Shown here piece by piece: positions 48,656 through 60,155 of a DNA stretch of 64,000 bases. Each line of letters starts with the position of its first letter. Positions within the stretch are counted from its first letter, which is position 1. Origin of the DNA: a virus; the IMG/VR virus record IMGVR_UViG_3300033144_003548. One strand, written 5' to 3'. The notes under the pieces were generated by a model. It had not been told where the DNA came from. It saw nothing but the letters and a program-made list of their open reading frames with translations, and did not search any database. Both the position numbers and the translations under genes were made by a program.

Positions 48656-48828
48656 TGGAGAAACTCAAGTTTTGGTGGCATTACAGCATCTTGCGTGAAT
48701 GTATCTTTTGTGGCGAACCTAGCACCACTAGAAGTGTCGGCGTCAGGGTTTGCGACAGATGTGCAAGGCACGTTCAGGAAGGTTGGGATAGCTACGGCAG
48801 GTAGAGAAAAATCTCGTAGGGAGGCATT

Positions 48829-49281
48829 ATGCTGGACGAAAGCAAAATGTCTGAGGCAGAAAGAAAAGCGTATGCTAATAAGCTCGCTATGAGGCAAGAG
48901 GAAGAAAGAGTAAAGCGTGAACGGGCACGACATAATTTATCTTGGAGAATAGCCAGAGAATACGATGTGCTGGTAATCACGAAAGCTGGCGAGACTTGGT
49001 TGGTTGATTGTAAGCGGTCAAACAATGGTGAGTTCATTATAGATGGCTCAGACATTATCAAGTTACTTGACATCGCTAATAACTGGAGAGCAAAGCAACC
49101 TGGCGTAGTAGTTGAAGCTAGGTTTGAGATGTGGTTTAGCCGAACCAGACAAGCAAACAATAGGCGTGATGTGGTGGTTACTGAGGATGATAGAGGCTGG
49201 AGCATAAAATGCACCAAAACTCCAAAGAAAATCACCACACAGAAAGTTAAGCGTGGAAGCCAAGAAGAAAGGGGTGAGTAA
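48829..49281 (+). CDS. PD-(D/E)xK nuclease (Hjc-like)
   Basis: EE, YDVL, LVDCK. Confidence 0.55.
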   Translation: MLDESKMSEAERKAYANKLAMRQEEERVKRERARHNLSWRIAREYDVLVITKAGETWLVDCKRSNNGEFIIDGSDIIKLLDIANNWRAKQPGVVVEARFEMWFSRTRQANNRRDVVVTEDDRGWSIKCTKTPKKITTQKVKRGSQEERGE

Positions 49282-49282
49282 G

Positions 49283-51186
49283 ATGGTAAAAGTCGGGACT
49301 ATCAAAGACTTCAGGCGTGCAGAGAAGATGTTGAGAGATGCTGGCTTTGAGGTAACGGAAGATGGGGGCGATCTTGTAAAGAAAGCATATGTCAACGGAG
49401 TCGAAGCCATCGGTATTGCAAAGTTTCGGGGCAATACTTGGATATTCCGCTATAATCCGAAATTCTTTAGCGAAAGCTAGAAAGGAGAGGCAGATGGGAA
49501 ATATGTTGGTTGATGCGGCACTCAAACAGGTCGAGAGGGATACTGAGAAAGTGCAAGAGGCAATCAGCCATAGCACCACTGAGCATTATCGCAAAGCTGT
49601 GGTGAAGCGGGCAATTGCTTCTGTGGAAGCTCTCAAGGCATCCCTAAAAACTCTATAAGAGAGGTAATTGGCAATGGGTATGATGAAGCGATACTTGATG
49701 GAGAAGATAGCAGAGTTCGCCATCAAAATCGGGGTAACGGAAGAAGCCATCTACAACGATGACTTCCTCTATGAGCGGGCAACTGCTTACGCTCAACTAA
49801 AACTTCAGCAGGAGGGCATAGATGAAACCTTCAGAAAAATCGCCTGAATTGAATTCATTCCTTAATGAGTTCAGCCAGAATGTGTTTGGTCGAAACAGAA
49901 CAGAGGCTATTGAGAATGACGTTTGTGTTGAGTGCGGTGAGTCTGCAAAAGAATTCAAAGATGCACTCAGCCAAAAGGAATACTCAATCTCTGGTCTGTG
50001 CCAAAAATGTCAAGATAAAATATGGGGGTGAGTGATGAGGCTAACTTGTATCAGGGATAAATGTCCAAAGGCAGGTCTGTTCGTAGATTACAGACGTTGC
50101 CTAGAGTGTCATTCCTTTGCTGGACAAGTCGAGTTTGGCACAGTGGACTGTAATCATCCCGAAGCCAAGAAGGGTGGGGGGTATAGTGGAAGTCTCAAAG
50201 ACATATTCCCTACCCTCTGCCGACAAACTTATTAAAAGGAGAGGTTAAATGGGTGGCAATATAAGATTACATCCAGAGCACGGGCTTAATCCGACAATCT
50301 CACAGTGTATCATCTGCGGTGGTGATAAAAATGAAATCGCACTACTTGGTGCGGCATACAAAGGGCACGCACCGATGAAGATGGTAACCAGCCTCGAACC
50401 TTGTGATGCCTGCAAAGAGAAATATCTCAAAGAAGGGATAATGCTTGCAGAGGCAGATGGAAAACGAGTTCCTACTGGTAGTGTAGCAGTTATCACCGAA
50501 GAGGCGTTTACAAGGATATTCAAGGATACTCCCATTCCGCCACGTAGGATTGCGATGGTGGAGCAGGGAATGTTAGCGATGCTTGGCATCAACTAACAGC
50601 TTGACAATCGCTGATGGCGATGATAGAATTAAGACAGTGGAGCAAACACTGGAAAGGAGTTGGCAAGTGAATAAGAAAGAGTTACCAGTTGAGCTGCCAG
50701 AAAAGTGTCCTCATTGTGGGGCAGAGACAGAAGATGGTATCTATGTCTGTATGTCTTGCGATGAGCAACTTATTCGTGGCGAGCTTTGCAACGGGTGTGG
50801 TGGAGTAATCTGTGTCGGCGAACCAGCTTATGCTCTTCAATCTGGCTACATAGACGATGATGGAGAGTTCGTGAGGGTTGATAGCCAATCACAGATATTC
50901 CACACTGGTCAGTGCCTGAATTCGGAAGAATGAAAGGAGATGGCAAATGGTTGGAGATAAAGAGATAGTTAGTGGGCGTTATTACAACGCAAATGGGAGT
51001 GCTGTTGCCATTATTGCTGTGGTAACAGAAGGAATAGACTGGGCAGCATATATTGGTGGTACTCAACCTGATATTCCAATGGAAGAAACCCAAAAGTGGG
51101 TGGCAAAATATGGTTGCAAACTATCTGAAGCGGATGCTCGGCATTACTTCGGAGAAGATGTAACCTCGCTGCCTTACAGACCATAG
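49283..51186 (+). CDS. Run of eight small early hypothetical proteins, several with Zn ribbons
   Basis: 49283-49480, 49493-49658, 49674-49847, 49822-50031, 50035-50235, 50249-50596, ~50667-50933, 50947-51186; RBSs and tight packing. Confidence 0.6.
50601..50629 (+). promoter_or_regulatory. Early sigma-A promoter, GGC class
   Basis: TTGACAATCGCTGATGGCGATGATAGAAT. Confidence 0.85.
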
Positions 51187-51194
51187 AAAGGTAG

Positions 51195-52553
51195 GTGATT
51201 AAAATGGCAGACAAAAGGACTCTCACTGTTGAGAGTAACTACTGCAAAGACTGGACAGTAACCGATGCCGTAAGAGAACTAATCCAAAATGCTCTCGATA
51301 CTGGCACAAAGGTTGAGATTGTCCAGATGGGTAACCTGTGGGAGATAAAGGACTATGGGGCAGGAATTAACCTCTCCGACTTCCTTATCGGGCGGAGTTC
51401 AAAGCGTGATGATACTGATTTGATTGGGCAGTTTGGTGAGGGTGCTCCTATTGGTTGCCTAGTGCTTGCAAGAGCGGGGCGAGACGTTAAGATATATTCC
51501 AAAGGAAAACGTTTCGCCTTTTCTTTTGAGCACGATAGTCAGTGGGGTTGCCCTCTGCTTACCATTACAATTGATGAGGTGGCTACGGATGATGGGACAA
51601 GTGTAAGGGTAGAGTGCAGTGCCGAGGAAATGGATAAGGTTAGAGGACAATTCCTCAAGTTAACACCCCAACCAGTCTTGGCACGAGGAAAGCATACTGA
51701 CATCTTATCCCCTGCGGGGTCAATTTATGTTAATGGTCTCTGCGTGAGCCACGTTAATTCTCTATTTGGATACAATTTCAAAGGGCGGAAAGATTTAGTT
51801 AATCGGGATAGAAATGCCATCGGTCATTCTCAAATTGTGTCAGCAATCCAAGATACGATGGCGCACATCACCAATCCCGATTTAATGCGTGAAGTCCTGT
51901 TAGCAGGTGCACGTGATGAGCCAAAAGGAGCAATTGAGTTTACTCAAGAGTTCTCCACATCATACCCCTACAAGTGGAAGGCAGCAATCAAAGATATTTG
52001 GGGAGATAAAGTCTGCCTTGCTGATAATTCAGCGTATGACCAACTGGCTACCGAGAATAATTGGAAAGTCCTGTCATTGCCTTGGGGTCTCAAATGGACT
52101 CTGCGACACATTCTACCAAATTCAAAGGATGTTTTCAATAAAGGCAAGAAAAAGCAGTATATCCTGCAAAAAGACCTTACTCCAGACGATAAAGAAATCT
52201 TAAAAGAGGGCAAAGAAATTGCGGGTTGGCTCGCAAAAGAAGTCGGGTTAGAGACGTTTCCTATAAAAATATTCAGAGACTTACAAAGACAAGAAGGCAC
52301 AAAGCAATTCACTACTCACGGTCAATTTGTGGGCGGGACTGTCGAGCTTGAAATTGAATTACTAAAGCGTCAAGACATAACCAAGCTTGTCGGCACTACT
52401 CTCCACGAATATACTCACGGGACAACGGGCAGTCCAGACACTACGAGGGACTTTGAAAATCACCTCACCGACTTAATTGCTACTCTTGGCATTAAGTGCT
52501 ATATGCAGGCTAAGAAAATTGAGGAGTTGGAGAAGTGCAGAATACAGATTTAG
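51195..52553 (+). CDS. GHKL (HATPase) ATPase with C-terminal HExxH zincin-like motif
   Basis: RELIQNALD, DYGAG, IGQFGEG, GT; LHEYTH. Confidence 0.8.
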   Translation: MIKMADKRTLTVESNYCKDWTVTDAVRELIQNALDTGTKVEIVQMGNLWEIKDYGAGINLSDFLIGRSSKRDDTDLIGQFGEGAPIGCLVLARAGRDVKIYSKGKRFAFSFEHDSQWGCPLLTITIDEVATDDGTSVRVECSAEEMDKVRGQFLKLTPQPVLARGKHTDILSPAGSIYVNGLCVSHVNSLFGYNFKGRKDLVNRDRNAIGHSQIVSAIQDTMAHITNPDLMREVLLAGARDEPKGAIEFTQEFSTSYPYKWKAAIKDIWGDKVCLADNSAYDQLATENNWKVLSLPWGLKWTLRHILPNSKDVFNKGKKKQYILQKDLTPDDKEILKEGKEIAGWLAKEVGLETFPIKIFRDLQRQEGTKQFTTHGQFVGGTVELEIELLKRQDITKLVGTTLHEYTHGTTGSPDTTRDFENHLTDLIATLGIKCYMQAKKIEELEKCRIQI

Positions 52554-52828
52554 CAGGCAGCTTCGTAGGGTTAAGTTCTCTGGATGCCGTGCTCACTAAG
52601 GTAGTAGTGGGCAATGGTGGGTATGAGCTAAATCCAGTAGTTCGGCGTATTCTTGAACAACCTGAGTGGGTGTTTTGGGCATTCAAAATTGGTGGAGCGA
52701 TTGTTTGTGCCTTAGTCCTGCTTCTACTTGCACGAAGATTTCCTCGCCAGATTAAAAATATACTTATTCTTTTAACAGTAATAATGCTAGGAGTTTGCCT
52801 ATTCAATCTAATAGGTGTAGTGATATAA
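52535..52828 (+). CDS. Membrane protein (DUF5658-like)
   Basis: LDAVLT...ELNP...K with three hydrophobic helices. Confidence 0.6.
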   Translation: MQNTDLAGSFVGLSSLDAVLTKVVVGNGGYELNPVVRRILEQPEWVFWAFKIGGAIVCALVLLLLARRFPRQIKNILILLTVIMLGVCLFNLIGVVI

Positions 52829-52840
52829 AAGGAGAAAAGA

Positions 52841-53762
52841 ATGAAAGCTCACACGGCAAGGCAGATCCTATGTGATGTAACTGGAGAACTGGCTCAGAAA
52901 ATTGCATCAGCGAGAGGCGGAACAGCTACTCCAGAGCGAGTCACGAAAGAGGCACGCAATTTAATAACTCGCTTGAACAAGCGGGAACGGCAAAGGAGAA
53001 AGGACAATGAAAACAATCGGTAAGTATTCCTACAAACGCTATAAATGCCGAGCTTGTGGTTTCGAGAAGGAAATCGGCACAAATCATTGGGGTGAGTGCT
53101 ATTCCTTTGGCACTTACAACTCCTGTCCGAATTGTGGCTGGAAGCATCCACTTGAGGTTACAGTTTGGGATTGCCAAGAAGCACCACCAGAGGGATATGG
53201 CAAGCCCGAACCTTGGCGAATTGTTAAGCTTGGCGAGGTGTGTGAGATGAAATGAGAATAATCAGGGCGATTTTCTGGAATATCATTTATCTGTTCAAAA
53301 GGAAACCCACAGACCTCAAAGGTATTCCGAAGGAGGCAAAATGAGCAATGTAATTTATACCATTGACCAATTCAAAGAGGATGTTGACTCTGGCAATGTT
53401 TGGTATATTCAAGCACTCAAGGGTGAGTGGGCAGACAATAAGATTGATTACTGGAACTTCAATTGTTGCCTACACCCCGAATTGAGACCAGCGATTGTTA
53501 CAAGGGATGAGCCTGCGGCAAGGGAGCAGTTCAAGGATTGGGATGAGGCTTGCACCTACAAAGGCTTCATCTTCTGGATACCAAGAAACTAAGGAGGCAA
53601 AGAATGAAATACAGAGTTCTTTGGGGAATAGCCTTAGAAGCAGAGGTAGATGCTGACTCTGAGGAAGAAGCCGTTCATCAAGTCGAAAATCTGGATTGCC
53701 AGAATGAGGGTGAATATGTTGAGGACAGCTTCCATATTCTCAAAGTTGAGCCAGCAACATAG
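52841..53762 (+). CDS. Small early hypothetical proteins (52841-53023, 53007-53255, 53341-53592, 53604-53762)
   Basis: ORF track, GGAG RBSs. Confidence 0.6.
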
Positions 53763-53763
53763 C

Positions 53764-53792
53764 TTGACATTTGCGGGAGGCGGTGATATACT
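53764..53792 (+). promoter_or_regulatory. Early sigma-A promoter, GGC class
   Basis: TTGACATTTGCGGGAGGCGGTGATATACT. Confidence 0.85.
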
Positions 53793-53798
53793 TATACT

Positions 53799-55132
53799 AT
53801 GAGCAAGTCTAAAATGCGGAAATATGAGGTCGGCAAGTCAAGACCCACCGAAAATCGAGCAAGTAATGCCATTTCTAATGAGGTAGCGGATAGGTGGGTC
53901 GCCAAAATTGATGAAGCATCAAAGGTCGAGGGCATACATTCTCAGATAGAAGCGGTAGCACAAGTGCTGATAGAATTGGCAGAGGAAATCAAAGCAGGTC
54001 GGGTGGACATAGACGTTTTCAAGGTGGTGCTCAGGCGAAGAAATGTTACTGCTTCTCTCCAGATTGCTTACAACAAACTAAGGTATATGCCGATTTTTCA
54101 GAATGGATAAAGTAAAGGCACATCGCACCCACGTTCCAGCAAAGTCTTATCGGCACAGACCGAAAGGGACAGCAAGGCAGGTGCGGCAGATTGCCAAAAG
54201 GTTAGGTGTCAAGTATGTTGCTTAAAGATGGTGGGCACGGGGTAACTGAGGAAAGTCTAAAATTCTGGCACGCAAATAAGAGTAAGCTCGGTCTAATTCT
54301 TGGATTGGAAGCTACCTTTGAACCTCTTGGCGTTGACCAAGATGATTCGGGGGTGCTGGAGTATAATTGCCGTATTTATGGTTATAACGGTGAGATATTA
54401 CTATCAGGGTGTAACTGTGGATACGGTGGCACTGGACCGAATGGAACAGCGAAGATACTGGCAGAACTTGGAGTTCCTATTGAGAGTGCTAGGACAGCGT
54501 GCTGGCACAAGGAAGTAAAGTGGGATGTGCTGGCTAATAAATTAACTGCTGATGGTGAGGAATTGACTTTTCCATTAGCAAAGCAAAGACGAAAGGAGTG
54601 GGCGGAATTTATTGACAGACATAATATTCCTCAGTGCCGTGCTGAGGGATTATGTAAAACCTGCACCACAACAAATGAATGCCCTGATTTTGAGGGCAAA
54701 TAAAGTATGGAGTAAAAAATGTATAGAAGCAAAATTAAAGCAGTAGTAGTGGTGGATGAGGCAAACAACTGGTTAGCTTATAATCTTGGGCATAATGTTC
54801 GTGATGCTTTGAGATTAGCTAAACAGGCAACTGAGTATGAGAAGGATACCACTATGATTGCCTATAAGGTGGTGGAAGAAGTAGAAGTTAAGCCAAACGA
54901 AAAATTCTGAGGAGCAAATACAATGACGCAGGTTAATCAATTACGGAAGGCAATCAAAGAGAAATTCCCCGATTTGAAATTCAAAGTACGAACCATAGAC
55001 TTCGCAGACTTGGCAAGGGATAGCAAAGTATTTGTGGAGTCTGATGCGTGGGGAATGACAAAGGGTAACGGCGAACTTTATCACCAAGTAGAGGAAATTG
55101 CCAAAAAGTTTGGTGCGGTTGTCTCTTGGTGA
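53799..55132 (+). CDS. Hypothetical proteins (53799-54110 leaderless, 54206-54703, 54719-54910, 54923-55132)
   Basis: ORF track. Confidence 0.65.
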
Positions 55133-55177
55133 GAGAGAAAAAATTAGTATGAGGCTAAGCCTCAGAAGGAGAGTAAA

Positions 55178-55975
55178 ATGTTTTCAATGGAAGATTATCT
55201 AGTGGAGACAGAGAAGTATCGGGGGCACAAGATTAAAATCTATCAAGACATTGACCCACCTAATCCGAGAGAGTGGGAAGAAAATCTTGGCAAGATGGTG
55301 TGTTTTCACAGGCGGTATGATTTGGGTGATAAACACGACTTTTCTGATGCCAGAGACTTAATCAGCTTTGTGGAGAGTAAGGACATTGTGTCCTTGCCTC
55401 TGTTCCTGATTGACCATTCTGGACTGGCAATGAATACTGGTGGGTTTAGGCATTGTGACCCTCAAGGATGGGATTGGGGGCAGGTCGGATTTATCTATGC
55501 TGACAAAGACGCTCTACGAAACGAGTATGGCGTTAAGCACGTTACAAAGAAAGTCCGAGAAAAAGCCTTAGCGGTTCTGCAAAGCGAGGTCGAACAGTAT
55601 GATAAGTTTCTGCGTGGCTGGATTTATGGTTACTTGATTGAGGATGCCGATGGGGAGCAATTAGACTCCTGTTGGGGCTATTTTGATGACCCTGCTGACA
55701 TTATCAAGGAGTGTAAAGCAATCATAGACCGCCATATTCAGGCAGAGAATGAGAAGAAGCACTACCCAAAGGTTGAGGTATTTGTTACCAAGACACACAA
55801 ATTTAGGGCACGTATTAGGGAGAGCATAGAAGAGCCTTCCTATGAAGTGAGTATTGGTGGTGAGGAGTGGAGTAAAGGGAAAGGGAAAAATCACAAAGCC
55901 AAAATCCTAGAGAAGATGGATGAAATTGGCAAAGCTTTAGGGCAAGAGTTTGCTCGTGCCATTCACGAAAAGTAA
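55178..55975 (+). CDS. Conserved phage hypothetical protein
   Basis: NPREW..NLG, DHSG, WD.GQVG, DSCWG motifs recognised from phage early regions. Confidence 0.7.
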   Translation: MFSMEDYLVETEKYRGHKIKIYQDIDPPNPREWEENLGKMVCFHRRYDLGDKHDFSDARDLISFVESKDIVSLPLFLIDHSGLAMNTGGFRHCDPQGWDWGQVGFIYADKDALRNEYGVKHVTKKVREKALAVLQSEVEQYDKFLRGWIYGYLIEDADGEQLDSCWGYFDDPADIIKECKAIIDRHIQAENEKKHYPKVEVFVTKTHKFRARIRESIEEPSYEVSIGGEEWSKGKGKNHKAKILEKMDEIGKALGQEFARAIHEK

Positions 55976-56183
55976 ATGAGGTGGCAATGGAATATCGGGT
56001 AGCTGAGTTTCAGCGACTATTTGAAAGCGTTCACCGCCACAAGTCGCAGGGTGATGTCCTTGCCTATAACTCTCTGCGTAAAGAGATGGAGCAAGACGGA
56101 TATAAAATCGAACAGGCGTGGGGATGGTATCTCCATTGTCCTGATGGCACAACAATTACACTTGACTACTGGAATGAACTACC

Positions 56184-56212
56184 TTGACAAATTGTGCTGG
56201 CGATGTTATACT
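56184..56212 (+). promoter_or_regulatory. Early sigma-A promoter, GGC class
   Basis: TTGACAAATTGTGCTGGCGATGTTATACT. Confidence 0.88.
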
Positions 56213-56231
56213 AATAGAATAGGAGAGGTTA

Positions 56232-57666
56232 ATGGACTTTGCGAGAATACAGGCAGAAAAAATGACATATGAGGGCAAATTAGTAGAGTGTGTTCGCTGC
56301 CATAAATCACCGTTTCTCGTAATAACGGTATTAGGAACAGTGGTTTATTTATGCCCCAACTGTCTCTACTTTGAAGAGCCCTGGGAAAGAGGGGATTAAA
56401 TGAAATCGGCAATTGTAGACTCAAAAAGTTTAGGCACAAACTGTTGGTCGCTAAAGAGATTTTGTGGCGGGAGATGTGATAAAGTTATGACCTGCAATTA
56501 CCCCGAAAAGCACACCTGCGAGGCGGTCAAATCTGAAATTCTCTACTTGGAGAACAGGCGAGAGGAACTCGTAGCGGAGTTCGGGAAAAGGCTTGAACAG
56601 CTTCAAGATAAAATTTCAGAGGGCATCAGAAAGCTGAGGGGTGAAGAATGAAATTTCAATTCAGGTGCATTGGCTGTAGCACAATCTTTGAACAAGACAT
56701 CGAGGGGGAGGCAGTGGAAACCTTTCTTGATGCTTTTGAAGCTGGTGGTTGTGAGATAATGCAAGGCTGTTGTCCAAAGTGTAGAGAAACTAAGAATGGT
56801 CTTGCCATCAATGAGTTACTTGAGGCATTACCGAGTGGAAAAAGAGTATAAGTTCTACGATGGTACAATCTTTTGGAAATATCCTTGTCCGAGATGTATT
56901 GGCGGGAGTCTTACTTGGGTGAGGGAAAGAGGCTTTGAACCATCGTTACACTGTATAAATTGTGGCTATGACCACCAACAGCAAAAAAACTTTGAAAAGT
57001 TTGAACGGAAATGGCTTAAAAAGGCAAGAAATCAGCTTCGGAAGCAGAAAAAACGGCAAGAGAAAGGGGTCAAAAAAGACTAATTTCTGGCGTATTTTTT
57101 CACATTTCCCACGCTCAAAACCTTAATTAGAGGCAATTAAATGCAATTTAGTGAAATGGCTATTGAGGAAGCGGAAGCAAAAAAGAAGATGCTTGAATGC
57201 CAGTGGGGAAAGCATAATGAGAAGCTTGGCATCGAGTGGATAGAAAAAACTCCAGAGTGTCAAAAGTGTAAAAATCGCTTTCAATGCCTCACTATGTCAG
57301 CAAAGCGTTTCAAGCTAACTGTGACTCAAACAATCTGGACTACTTATGAGGTGTTCGCCGAAAATGAGGATGAGGTAATGGAACTATTTGCCTCATTCGG
57401 AACTGACGAACCTCTTATGCGTGAATTAAAAAGTGATGGGGATGGCGGAGATGTGGAGATAGAGGAGTGGAGTGATAGTGTATAAATGTATCCACACAAT
57501 CTCTTGTCCTAGCAGGCTGTGGTGTGGTAAATGCACAAGTCCTGCCGAATGTCGCTTCGCATTACCCATCGTGGCAGAGGATGGGATGGTCAAAAATTGC
57601 GAAATGTGTATGACAAAATTTACTTGCTGGACTGAGCGAGAGCCAGAGAGAGCAATTATCTTATGA
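56232..57666 (+). CDS. Run of small Cys-rich proteins (56232-56399, 56400-56651, 56648-56851, 56796-57083, 57141-57485, 57472-57666)
   Basis: ORF track plus own translation of 56232; CxxC pairs. Confidence 0.65.
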
Positions 57667-58580
57667 AAACTTGGATGAATAAATTAGACCCTCTTTACGA
57701 GGGGTTGCCATTTATGGAAATTGAGGGTGAGATGATTTCTTACCCCTGTGTGGCAGAAGTGAAGCTGGATGGTGAGTTTCAATATATTATTAAGCGGAAT
57801 GGTATTGTCTATCTCGCTAACAAACGAGAGCACGGCAGAATAAGGACTGATATGCCTGTGACCAATATTGACATTCCCGACAACTCCGTTTTTCTCGGTG
57901 AGTTAGTGTGGGGAGCAGGCAAAGATTTCTATGATTTTGCGAGACATAAACTTGACCCTGACTGTAATCTTGGCATCTATGGTTGTATCAAATATGCTGG
58001 TAAGCAATTGTGGGGAAAGGCAACATATACCGAGACAAGACAATTGCTTGAGAGTCTGAAATTCTATACTGATAAAGTAGTGCTAGTCCCTGCCGTTGAG
58101 ATACACGATACTCAAGAATTAGAAGATTTCTTCAAACAAGTGGTAGCTAGTGGGTATGAGGGGCTGGTAATCAAACAGCTAGACTCTAAATACATAAATG
58201 GAAAGAGTTATCATTGGGCAAAAAAGAAGTTCCAAACTGAAGCAGATTTGGTTATCTGTGGTTATCAAACTGGAACTAAGAGGGCAAAGAATTTAACGGT
58301 TCTGGTCGGACATTTGGTGGATGGGGAAATCAAACCACTTACTCACGTTGGTGGCGGTTTTAAGTATGAAGAAAAAATGGAATTGCTTAGTGCTTTGCAA
58401 GGATGCCCATCCATTGGCAAGCTAAAGGATGACGTTCTTGTTGAACCTAAAATCGTAATTAAGGTAATTTACAATGGAGTAATATACAATCCTGATGGGA
58501 GCATTAACTCATTAAGGCATCCAAGATTTGATAGATTTCGCTTTGATAAAGCCGTGAAGGAGATAGATACAATAAAATGA
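57663..58580 (+). CDS. ATP-dependent DNA ligase
   Basis: EVKLDG, FLGE, YEGLVIK, W.KKK, OB domain, LRHPRF. Confidence 0.92.
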   Translation: MKTWMNKLDPLYEGLPFMEIEGEMISYPCVAEVKLDGEFQYIIKRNGIVYLANKREHGRIRTDMPVTNIDIPDNSVFLGELVWGAGKDFYDFARHKLDPDCNLGIYGCIKYAGKQLWGKATYTETRQLLESLKFYTDKVVLVPAVEIHDTQELEDFFKQVVASGYEGLVIKQLDSKYINGKSYHWAKKKFQTEADLVICGYQTGTKRAKNLTVLVGHLVDGEIKPLTHVGGGFKYEEKMELLSALQGCPSIGKLKDDVLVEPKIVIKVIYNGVIYNPDGSINSLRHPRFDRFRFDKAVKEIDTIK

Positions 58581-58891
58581 ATTATGATGAAATAAATGAC
58601 AAAGACCTCGAAAAAGCCGTAAGGCGAGCTTTCGAGCTTGAGGAAGGCAAGACGGTGGTGATCAACTTCAAAGATTGCCCTGTGAGAGTTGACTATCGCT
58701 GTATGGATAAGGATACCGATATTTGTGACGGGTGCAGGCTGAGATTTACCTGTTACTCTAGTCAATATCTTACTCTTGAGCCAAAGGACTTGCGATTTCC
58801 TCAAGACCTGAAAGAGACAATCAATGAGCGGGTCGAGGCATACGTAGAAAGCTTCAAACCTGCAAAGAAGGCTGAACAAAAAACCGCCTAG
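58577..58891 (+). CDS. Cys-rich protein (CxxCxxRFxCY)
   Basis: CDGCRLRFTCYS. Confidence 0.65.
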   Translation: MNYDEINDKDLEKAVRRAFELEEGKTVVINFKDCPVRVDYRCMDKDTDICDGCRLRFTCYSSQYLTLEPKDLRFPQDLKETINERVEAYVESFKPAKKAEQKTA

Positions 58892-58901
58892 ATGGACGAC
58901 C

Positions 58902-58930
58902 TTGACTTTTTTGCTTGGCGATGCTAAACT
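58902..58930 (+). promoter_or_regulatory. Early sigma-A promoter, GGC class
   Basis: TTGACTTTTTTGCTTGGCGATGCTAAACT. Confidence 0.75.
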
Positions 58931-58939
58931 ATATAGATA

Positions 58940-59656
58940 ATGAGATACCATTGTAATCGGTGCAATAAAGATTTTACCACGCTGTCAGAGGATAAAGGCA
59001 AAAAGTTTGCGTTCTCTCACTTTATCCTTGACAAAATGCGGTGTCCCCATTGTGGGGCAACTAATCAATCGCACATTCCACGCAGACCACTCAAGACAAC
59101 GAGACATAGGTATCAGCCAAAGCGGAGAAGTATGGATACCGATGATTATTCTCCACCAAGTATAGTATTACATCCAATCTGCCAAAAGAGGATAGTCGGT
59201 AATCCGATGTCAATTGAGGGTATGCAGGTAATGTGCGAAGGTTGCCCTTCCGCTTTTAATTGTCTTGCTGGTAATGTGGATGATGGGACTCTTACTGAGA
59301 ATGTCATAGACCAGCAAGAGGCTAGGGAGAGGGAGAAAGCCAAAGCAGTAGAAGAGGCGAAAGCGAAAGCTGCCGAGAATAAAAAGAGGGATGAACAGCT
59401 TTATCTTAAAAAGCTACGGGATACTCTTGGCAGTTGGGGTTTCGGTTATGTGTTTCAAAATGGTTTGTGCTACGCAAGGTTTGGTGGCACGGTCTGGAAA
59501 CTGGATGCTGAGGATATAAAAGCAATAATGGAGCAGACTTGGCACACACCCAAAACTACTGTCATAAAGAATACGCTTGATAAGCGACAAATCAAACCAG
59601 CGATGGCACAGAAGCTTCTCCAGTGGGAGAATTACTGCGGTAATTTAAGGGCTTGA
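58940..59656 (+). CDS. Zn-ribbon/Cys-rich hypothetical protein
   Basis: CNRC..CPHC and CEGCPSAFNC. Confidence 0.7.
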   Translation: MRYHCNRCNKDFTTLSEDKGKKFAFSHFILDKMRCPHCGATNQSHIPRRPLKTTRHRYQPKRRSMDTDDYSPPSIVLHPICQKRIVGNPMSIEGMQVMCEGCPSAFNCLAGNVDDGTLTENVIDQQEAREREKAKAVEEAKAKAAENKKRDEQLYLKKLRDTLGSWGFGYVFQNGLCYARFGGTVWKLDAEDIKAIMEQTWHTPKTTVIKNTLDKRQIKPAMAQKLLQWENYCGNLRA

Positions 59657-59681
59657 CAAAATGCTAAGGCTATGCTATAAT
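59653..59681 (+). promoter_or_regulatory. Early sigma-A promoter, GGC class
   Basis: TTGACAAAATGCTAAGGCTATGCTATAAT. Confidence 0.88.
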
Positions 59682-59689
59682 TATAGAAG

Positions 59690-60128
59690 ATGGAGAAATG
59701 TTTAATCTGTGGAGAGCGAGATGCCGATTTCGAGGGGGTTATCTGCTATGAGTGTAAGCAAAAAGCAGATGAGCAACTCATTGCCGAAGAGCGTGAGTTC
59801 TTTGAGAGAGAGGGAAACAATCCCGATGGTCTGCCAGCAGAATGACTATTGGATAAAATGTAGTTGCGGATGGGAAGGGTTTGAATGGCAGATGAAGCGT
59901 GGGTATGCTCCGCTCTTTCCTGATGATGTAGTTCCAATGCTTAAATGCCCTGAGTGCGGGAGACAAGAGGATATGTGTGATTGGAAAGAAATTGGTAAGT
60001 GTCCGCACTGTGGCAGGAGATTGGAGCACTTTAGCGGGCTTGAACAGATACCTGAATACTTTTATTGTCCAGTCTGTAACGATACCGCTTATGGTTATGA
60101 CGGCAAAGAGTTGTTTAAGCTGGTATGA
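59690..60128 (+). CDS. Two Zn-ribbon proteins (59690-59845; ~59826-60128)
   Basis: Own translation MEKCLICGERD...CYEC; second has multiple CxxC. Confidence 0.6.
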
Positions 60129-60155
60129 TACCAAAATCCAAAATGGAGGTTCAAA

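Noticed and set aside
54117-54195. c-di-GMP-I riboswitch
   Set aside because: GCAAA-like words present but no GNRA/receptor two-hairpin architecture
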